From Eledone cirrhosa (taxonomy: Eukaryota), in assembly GCA_964016885.1 (NCBI GenBank), contig OZ024741.1:245024001-245088000 (forward strand): DNA of 64,000 nucleotides. The letters are read 5' to 3'. Shown piece after piece: positions 55,501 through 64,000 of the stretch. A model generated the notes under the pieces. The model had not been told where the DNA came from and did no database searches. It was given only the letters and a program-made list of their open reading frames with translations. Each line of letters starts with the position of its first letter. The stretch's first letter is position 1. Both the position numbers and the translations under genes were made by a program.

Positions 55501-57748
55501 ATATTAATGGAGTTTTTGGTGTGGTTGTTAATGGTATTAGTGACATTTTAATGTGTTTTTAATGGTGTTTTAAGCGAGTTTCTGATTTAGTTTAAATTTA
55601 AATATTTGATGGTCCTTCTAATGGGCTTTAATGGATGTGTAATGTGTTTAATGCAATATTAATGGGGTTTAATGGGGGTAGTAGGTTTCAATGGGTTTTA
55701 ATGGAGTTTTAATGGCTAGTGCTCTTTTTTTTTTAGAGTTTTTAATGGTGTTTTTAATGGTTTTTCATTGAGCTTTTAATTGCGTTTTTAATTGCGTTTT
55801 TAATCTAGTTTAAAAATTGAGTTTTAATGGGTTTTTCAATTAGGTTTTTAATGGATTTATAATGGTGTTTTTTACGGACCCTTTAATTTTTTATAATGGG
55901 TTTTCAATGCCGTTTTAATGGTGTTTTTTAATGGTATCCTTAATGACGCTTCGATAAGTTTCAATGTTATTTTAATGGGGTTTTGATTGATTTTTTAATG
56001 GAGTTTTTTTAATGAACTTTTATTGGGGTTTTCAATCAGGTTTTTAACTGAATTTTTAATGTTTTTCAATTAGATTTTTTATGGAGTTTTTATGGGCTTT
56101 TTAATGAGTTTTTAATGGTGTGCTAATTGAGTTTTCAATTACCTTTTTAATTGAGTATAAAATCGAGTTTTTACTAAGTTTTTAATGAATTTTTAATGGA
56201 ATTTTAATGGGGTTTCCAATGGACTTTTAATTGTGTTTTAATGGGGTTTTAAAATTGGTTTTTAGTTGCATTTTCAGGGGCTTTTAATGGGGCTTAATGG
56301 GGGTTTAATGGGGGATTTAATTGAGTTTTTAATGGAGTTTAATAGAGTTTATAATGGAGGTTTTAATGGAGTTTTTAATGAAGTTTTAATGTAGTTTTTA
56401 ATGAGGTTTTTAATGACGATTTTAATGGCGTTCTTAATGGCGTTTTAATGGTATTTTATGGCATTTTAATGACGGTTGTAATGGTTTTTAATGGAGTGTT
56501 AATTGGTTATTAATTGTATTTTAATGGGTTTTATGAGCTTTTTAATGGACTTTTTAGTGGTGTTTTTAATGGAGTTTTTAATGGGTCTTTTAATGGAATT
56601 TGCAATGTAGTTTTTAATGGTGTTTTCAATTGTATTTTTAATGACGTTTTAATGGTGTTTTTTATGGCGTTTTAATAGGATTTTTAATTGGTTTTTTAAA
56701 GGACTATTATTATGGGTTTTTTATGTAATTTTATAATGGGATTTTCAGTAGGGTTTTTAATTGGATTTTTAATGGAGTTTATAATATGTTTTTTAATTGG
56801 ATTTTTAAAGTATTTATAATTGCGGTTTTAATATAGTGTTTAATGGAGTATTTAATTGATTTTTAATGGTAATTTTAATGGAGTGTTTAATGTGTTTTTA
56901 ATGGGGGAGGAGGGGGTAAAATGCAGTTTTTAATTGAGTTATCAATGGAGTTTTTAATGACATTTTTAATGACGTTTTAATAGCGTTTTATGACGTTTTA
57001 ATGACGTTTTAATGGTTTTTTTATTGGGTTTTGGGAGTTTTTATGAGCTTCTAATTAGGTTTTAAATGGGGTTTTCAATGAGGTTTTTAGTGGAATTTTT
57101 AATGGGCCTTTAATGTATTTTTAATGGGATTTTAATGTTTTTTATGGCGTTTTTAATGGTATTTTAAATGCTGTTTTAATGTTTCTTTTATGGCCTTTTA
57201 ATTGGGTTTTTGATTGAGTTTTTAATGGATTTTTTTAACGAGAATTATGAAGTTTAATGGGTTTCCAGTTTGTTTTAAATGAAGTTTTTGATAATATTTT
57301 TAATGGAATTTTAATGGCGGTTATGGGATTTTAATCGGTTCTGGTGGTATTTTTGTGGGTTTTAATGGGGTGTTAAATGGTTTTAATGTTGTTTTACTTG
57401 CGCTTTCGATTACGTTTACAATTAAGTTTTTACTGTTTTTAATTGGATTTTTAATGGATATTAATGTGGTTTTTAATGGAATTTTAATGGTGTTTTAATA
57501 TAGTTTTTAATGGGTTTCGGATGTAGCTTTTAATGGTGGTTTAGTGTGCTTTTTATTGGGTTTTTAATGAGTTTTTATGAGCTTTTCAATGGAGTTTTTA
57601 ATGGTGTTTATATATATATATATACATACATACATATATATGTATATATATATATTTACACATATATATGTGTATATATATATGTGTATATATATATTTA
57701 CACATATATATGTGTATATATATATTTACACATATATATGTGTATTAA

Positions 57749-57781
<33 letters not shown>

Positions 57782-57811
57782 TTAAATATATATATATATA
57801 TATATATATAT

Positions 57812-57846
<35 letters not shown>

Positions 57847-57944
57847 TATATATATATATATATATATTAAATATATATATATATATATATATATTAAATA
57901 TATATATATATATATATATTAAATATATATATATATATATATAT

Positions 57945-58020
<76 letters not shown>

Positions 58021-58221
58021 TCCACTTTCATGTTACACACTATATATAAACTGGGATATATATTTTGCGTTAGTGCCATATTAAGCTGACAACGATATAT
58101 TCGTATCTTAAAAAATATTTTTTTTAGATCACATTGTTCTAGATATTATTAAAATTATTAAATCTATTTTCAATTTGCACGAACACTTGCATATACTACA
58201 TACATACATTTATATAGACAC

Positions 58222-58615
58222 TAACACAAATATTAGCATATACATAATTTCTTAGTCATTGAGGATGTGTTTTTATACATACATATGCATATTGCATACA
58301 TACATACATACACACATACAAGCATATACATAGACATACACACACACATATATACACACACTGTATATATATATATACATACACACACACACACATATAT
58401 ATATACACACACACACTATATATATATATAGTGTGTGGTGTATATATATATATGTGTGTGTGTGTATGTATATATATACAGTGTGTGTATATATATGTGT
58501 GTGTATGTGTATGTATATGCTTGTATGTGTGTATGTATGGATGCAATATGCATATGTATGTATAAAAAACACATCCTCAATTACTAAGAAAATATGTATA
58601 TGCTAATATTTGTGT

Positions 58616-58617
<2 letters not shown>
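58222..58617. repeat. ~400-bp palindrome, unit 5
   Basis: Same arms TAACACAAATATTAGC...GCTAATATTTGTGTTA. Confidence 0.95.
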
Positions 58618-58647
<30 letters not shown>

Positions 58648-58710
58648 CGCACACACTATATATATATATATATATACATACACACTATATATATATATAT
58701 ACACACACAC

Positions 58711-58761
<51 letters not shown>

Positions 58762-61700
58762 AATCCCATTAAAAACCACATTAAAAATTCAATTAAAAAT
58801 CTATTTTGAAAAACCCATTAAAAACCCCATTATAAGCTCATAAAACACTCCATTAAAACCCCAACCAAACCCCCCATTAAAACACAATTAAAACATCATT
58901 AAGAATGCCAATAAAAGCGCCATTAAAAACCACATTGGAAACCCATAAAAACCCAATTAAAACAAAATTAAAGTTTCCATTAAAAGTCCCCATTAAAACT
59001 CCATTAAAACACCCATTAAACCCCCCCCTCGAAAAGACATTAAAACCTCAAATTTAAACCGAAATAAAAACTCAATTAAAACGCAATTAAAAACTCAATT
59101 AAAACACCATTAAAAACACAATTAAAAGCCCATTAAACCAATTAAAATTGCATTAACACACCACTAAGTTTCCATTGGAAAACCATTAAAAATGTCATTA
59201 AAAACTACACTGAAAACCCATTAAACCCCCATTAAAAGCGCACCCAAAACTTTATAAAAAACCAAATAAAAACCCCATTAAAATACCATTAAAACGGCAT
59301 AAAACACCATTAAAACTACATTAAAACTCAATTAAAAATTCCATTTAAATCTCCATTATAAACTCAATTAAAACTCCATTAAAACTCAATTAAAAACTCC
59401 ATTAAAAACACACACACATGAAGTTACATGCTGGCTTGCACACTTATAGCGATTGCTATTTCCTTTTAATTTCATTAAAACTAGGATGTTTTAGAAAGAT
59501 AAAAACAAAACTGAATAATGAAGAGACTAGGGAGGGGTAAAGAAAGGCAGATCAGGCTGTAGAGGACAGTAGGGGGAGAAGAGGGAAGAGACTTGGGAGG
59601 GGTAAAGAAAGGCAGATCTGGCTGTAGAGGACAGTAGGGGGAGAAGAGGGAGAAATAAACTAAATTATAAACTAAGTTATAAACTAAATTATAAACTAAA
59701 TTAAAAACTCAATAAAATAAAATAAAATAAAATAAAATAAAATAAAATAAAATAAAATAAAATAAAATAAAATAAAATAAAATAAAATAAAATAAAATAA
59801 AAAATAAAATAAAATAAAATAAAATAAAATAAAATAAAATAAAATAAAATAAAATAAAATAAAAAAAATAAAATAAAATAAAATAAAAAAAACTAAAAAA
59901 TATAAATAAAATAAAATAAAATAAATAAAATAAAATAAAATAAAATAAAATAAAATAAAATAAATAAAAATAAAATAAAATAAAAAAAAAAAAAAAAAAT
60001 TAAATATAAAAAATAAATAAAATAAAATAAAATAAGAACTCAATTAAAAACTCAGTAAAAACTCAATTAAAAACTCAATTAAAAACTCAATCGAAGCACC
60101 ATTAAAACACCATTAAAAACTCCACTATAAACCCACTAAACCCATTAAAAACCAATTAAAAATTCAATTACACATCCCATTAGAAATTTCATTAAAAACT
60201 CAATTAAAAGTTCCATTGAAAACACATTCAAAACCCATTAACCCCATATTAAAAGGTCATAAAACTCTATTAAAAACCCAATAACAAACCAATTAAAACG
60301 CCATTAAAACGCCACAAAACACAATAAAATGTCATAAAAACGCCATTAAAACATCACAAAAAGCCCAATTAAAAAACCATTAATAATGCCATTAAAAATT
60401 CCATAAAAATCCATTAAAAACTCCACTAAAAGCCCATTAAAAAGTTCATTAAAAGCCATATTATAAATTTCATAAAAAACAATTGAAAACCCCATTATTT
60501 ATGAGCCTTTTTTTATGAGTTTTTAATAGTGTTTTAATTCAGTTTTTAATTGCGTTTAAAATTGGGTTTTAATGGCTTTTTAATGGTGTTATAATGGGAT
60601 TTTCGATGGTGTTTAATGGGTTTTTTATGGAGTTTTTAATTGGGTTTTCAATGGTGTTGTTTATGAGTTTTTAAATGGGTTTTTAATGGAATTTTTGATT
60701 GCGTTTTTAATGAAATTTTTAATAGATTCAAGGATGTTTTAATGGAGTTTTTAATGGTCTTTTTAATGGCGTTTTAATTGTGTTTTTATGGTGTTTAAAT
60801 GCGTTTTAATGATTTTTAATTGGGTTTTTAATGGAGTATTTTTAATGAGCTCTTAATGGATTTTTCAATTGGATACTTAATGGGTTTTAATGGAATTTAT
60901 AATAAGGGTTCTAATTGACTTTAAATATGATTTTTAATGGAGTTTTTAATGAAATTTCTAATGGTGTTTTTAATTGCGTTTCCCCCCGTGAGGGTTTTAA
61001 TGGCATTTTAAATGACATTTTAATGAGTTTTTATGATGTTTTAATGGCGTTGTAATTGTTTTTTATTGGGTTTTTAATATAATTTTGTATGAGCTTTTAA
61101 TGGGGGTTTTCAATGTTGTTTTTAATGGAGTGTTTAATGGAATTTTAATGGGGGTTTGATAAAAAAAATTAATTGCTTTTTAATTTAATTTTTAATGCGT
61201 TTTTGATGGTATTTAAGTGCGTTCATGATGATCTTTTTAATGGATTTTTAATGGGGTTTTAATTGAATTTTAATGGTGTTTTCAATGTAATTTTTAATGA
61301 TAGTTTAATGGTGTTTTAATGACGTTTTAATTGTATTTTTAATGGTGTTTTAGTGACGTTTAAATAGGATTTTTAATTGGTTTTTTAATTGAGTATTTAT
61401 ATGAGTTTTCACTGGTGTTTTTAATGGGTTTTTCAATATTGCATTTAATGAAATTTTTAATATGGTTTCAAATGGAATTTTTAATGTGTTTTTAATTGGG
61501 TTTCTAGTGACGTTTTTAATGGTACTTTAAATAACGTTTTAATGACTTTTATGGCGTTTTAATGGGTTTTTTAATTGGGTTTTTAATGTAGTTTTTTAAA
61601 AGATCTTTACTTGGGATTTTATGGGTTTTCAATGCGGTTTTTAATGGTATATTAATGGAGTTTTTGGTGTGGTTGTTAATGGTATTAGTGACATTTTAAT

Positions 61701-63877
61701 GTGTTTTTAATGGTGTTTTAAGCGAGTTTCTGATTTAGTTTAAATTTAAATATTTGATGGTCCTTCTAATGGGCTTTAATGGATGTGTAATGTGTTTAAT
61801 GCAATTTTAATGGGGTTTAATGGGGGTAGTAGGTTTCAATGGGTTTTAATGGAGTTTTAATGGCTAGTGCTCTTTTTTTAGAGTTTTTAATGGTTTTTCA
61901 TTGAGCTTTTAATTGCGTTTTTAATTGCGTTTTTAATTTAGTTTAAAAATTGAGTTTTAATGGGTTTTTCAATTAGGTTTTTAATGGATTTATAATGGTG
62001 TTTTTTACGGACCCTTTAATTTTTTATAATGGGTTTTCAATGCCGTTTTAATGGTGTTTTTTAATGGTATCCTTAATGACGCTTCGATAAGTTTCAATGT
62101 TATTTTAATGGGGTTTTGATTGATTTTTTAATGGAGTTTTTTTAATGAACTTTTATTGGGGTTTTCAATCAGGTTTTTAACTGAATTTTTAATGTTTTTC
62201 AATTAGATTTTTTATGGAGTTTTTATGGGCTTTTTAATGAGTTTTTAATGGTGTGCTAATTGAGTTTTCAATTACCTTTTTAATTGAGTATAAAATCGAG
62301 TTTTTACTAAGTTTTTAATGAATTTTTAATGGAATTTTAATGGGGTTTCCAATGGACTTTTAATTGTGTTTTAATGGGGTTTTAAAATTTGTTTTTAGTT
62401 GCATTTTTCAGGGGCTTTTAATGGGGCTTAATGGGGGTTTAATGGGGGATTTAATTGAGTTTTTAATGGAGTTTAATAGAGTTTATAATGGAGGTTTTAA
62501 TGGAGTTTTTAATGAAGTTTTAATGTAGTTTTTAATGAGGTTTTTAATGACGATTTTAATGGCGTTCTTAATGGCGTTTTAATGGTATTTTATGGCATTT
62601 TAATGACGGCTGTAATGGTTTTTAATGGAGTGTTAATTGGTTATTAATTGTATTTTAATGGGTTTTATGAGCTTTTTAATGGACTTTTTAGTGGTGTTTT
62701 TAATGGAGTTTTTAATGGGTCTTTTAATGGAATTTGCAATGTAGTTTTTAATGGTGTTTTCAATTGTATTTTTAATGACGTTTTAATGGTGTTTTTTATG
62801 GCGTTTTAATAGGATTTTTAATTGTTTTTTTAAGGACTATTATTATGGGTTTTTTATGTAATTTTATAATGGGATTTTCAGTAGGGTTTTTAATTGGATT
62901 TTTAATGGAGTTTATAATATGGTTTTTAATTGGATTTTTAAAGAATTTATAATTGCGGTTTTAATATAGTGTTTAATGGAGTATTTAATTGGTTTTTAAT
63001 GGTAATTTTAATGGAGTGTTTAATGTGTTTTTAATGGGGGAGGAGGGGGGTAAAATGCAGTTTTTAATTGAGTTATCAATGGAGTTTTTAATGACATTTT
63101 TAATGACGTTTTAATAGCGTTTTATGACGTTTTAATGACGTTTTAATGGGGGTTTTTTGGGGTTTTGGGAGTTTTTATGAGCTTCTAATTAGGTTTTAAA
63201 TGGGGTTTTCAATGAGGTTTTTAGTGGAATTTTTAATGGGCCTTTAATGTATTTTTAATGGGATTTTAATGTTTTTTATGGCGTTTTTAATGGTATTTTA
63301 AATGCTGTTTTAATGTTTCTTTTATGGCCTTTTAATTGGGTTTTTGATTGAGTTTTTAATGAATTTTTTTAACGAGAATTATGAAGTTTAATGGGTTTCC
63401 AGTGTGTTTTAAATGAAGTTTTTGATAATATTGTTAATGGAATTTTAATGGCGGTTATGGGATTTTAATGGGTTCTGGTGGTATTTTTGTGGGTTTTAAT
63501 GGGGTGTTAAATGGTTTTAATGTTGTTTTACTTGCGCTTTCGATTACGTTTACAATTAAGCTTTTACTGTTTTTAATTGGATTTTTAATGGATTTTAATG
63601 TGGTTTTTAATGGAATTTTAATGGTGTTTTAATATAGTTTTTAATGGGTTTCGGATGTAGCTTTTAATGGTGGTTTAGTGTGCTTTTTATTGGGTTTTTA
63701 ATGAGTTTTTATGAGCTTTTCAATGGAGTTTTTAATGGTGTTTATATATATATATATATACATACATATATATGTATATATATATATTTACACATATATA
63801 TGTGTATATATATATGTGTATATATATATTTACACATATATATGTGTATATATATATTTACACATATATATGTGTAT

Positions 63878-63923
<46 letters not shown>

Positions 63924-63951
63924 TTAAATATATATATATATATATATATAT

Positions 63952-63990
<39 letters not shown>

Positions 63991-64000
63991 TATATATATA

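Larger units (their letters stand above)
33035..64000. repeat. AT-rich composite macrosatellite, ~6.2-kb unit, ~5 tandem copies (probably continues downstream)
   Basis: The unique anchor TCCACTTTCATGTTACACAC occurs at 33351, 39117, 45282, 51857 and 58021 (periods 5766, 6165, 6575, 6164). Module order is the same in each copy. Confidence 0.98.

Noticed and set aside
33563-63989. All ORFs in the supplied track (YI/HT/CV/FILFY-rich peptides)
   Set aside because: They are stop-free frames through (TA)n, (CA)n, (AAAAT)n and the CCATTAAAA repeat. Frames and lengths shift between units, the overlapping +/- ORFs simply reflect the palindrome, and none resembles a protein family.

Overview
The window is entirely non-coding and looks eukaryotic. 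It holds two unrelated tandem arrays joined at a single sharp junction. (1) Positions 1-33037 are a very homogeneous 227-bp satellite: 145 full monomers plus a 125-bp truncated one, about 48% GC, 19-20 CpG per monomer, rich in dyad symmetry, with local higher-order blocks of 4, 5, 7 and 8 monomers. (2) Positions 33035-64000 are about five head-to-tail copies of a very AT-rich ~6.2-kb macrosatellite. Each copy contains (TA)n arrays, a 200-bp unique segment, a ~400-bp spacer-less palindrome, a (CCATTAAAA)-type degenerate array interrupted by a purine-rich 65-bp duplication and an (AAAAT)n tract, and then an abrupt strand flip into ~3.3 kb of the same repeat in reverse orientation (TTTTAATGG-type). 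The two arrays meet through a 3-bp microhomology (CAT) with no degeneration on either side. All supplied ORFs are translations of microsatellites. No gene, RNA gene, CRISPR array or autonomous transposon is supported, and neither the organism nor a named repeat family could be identified from the sequence alone.
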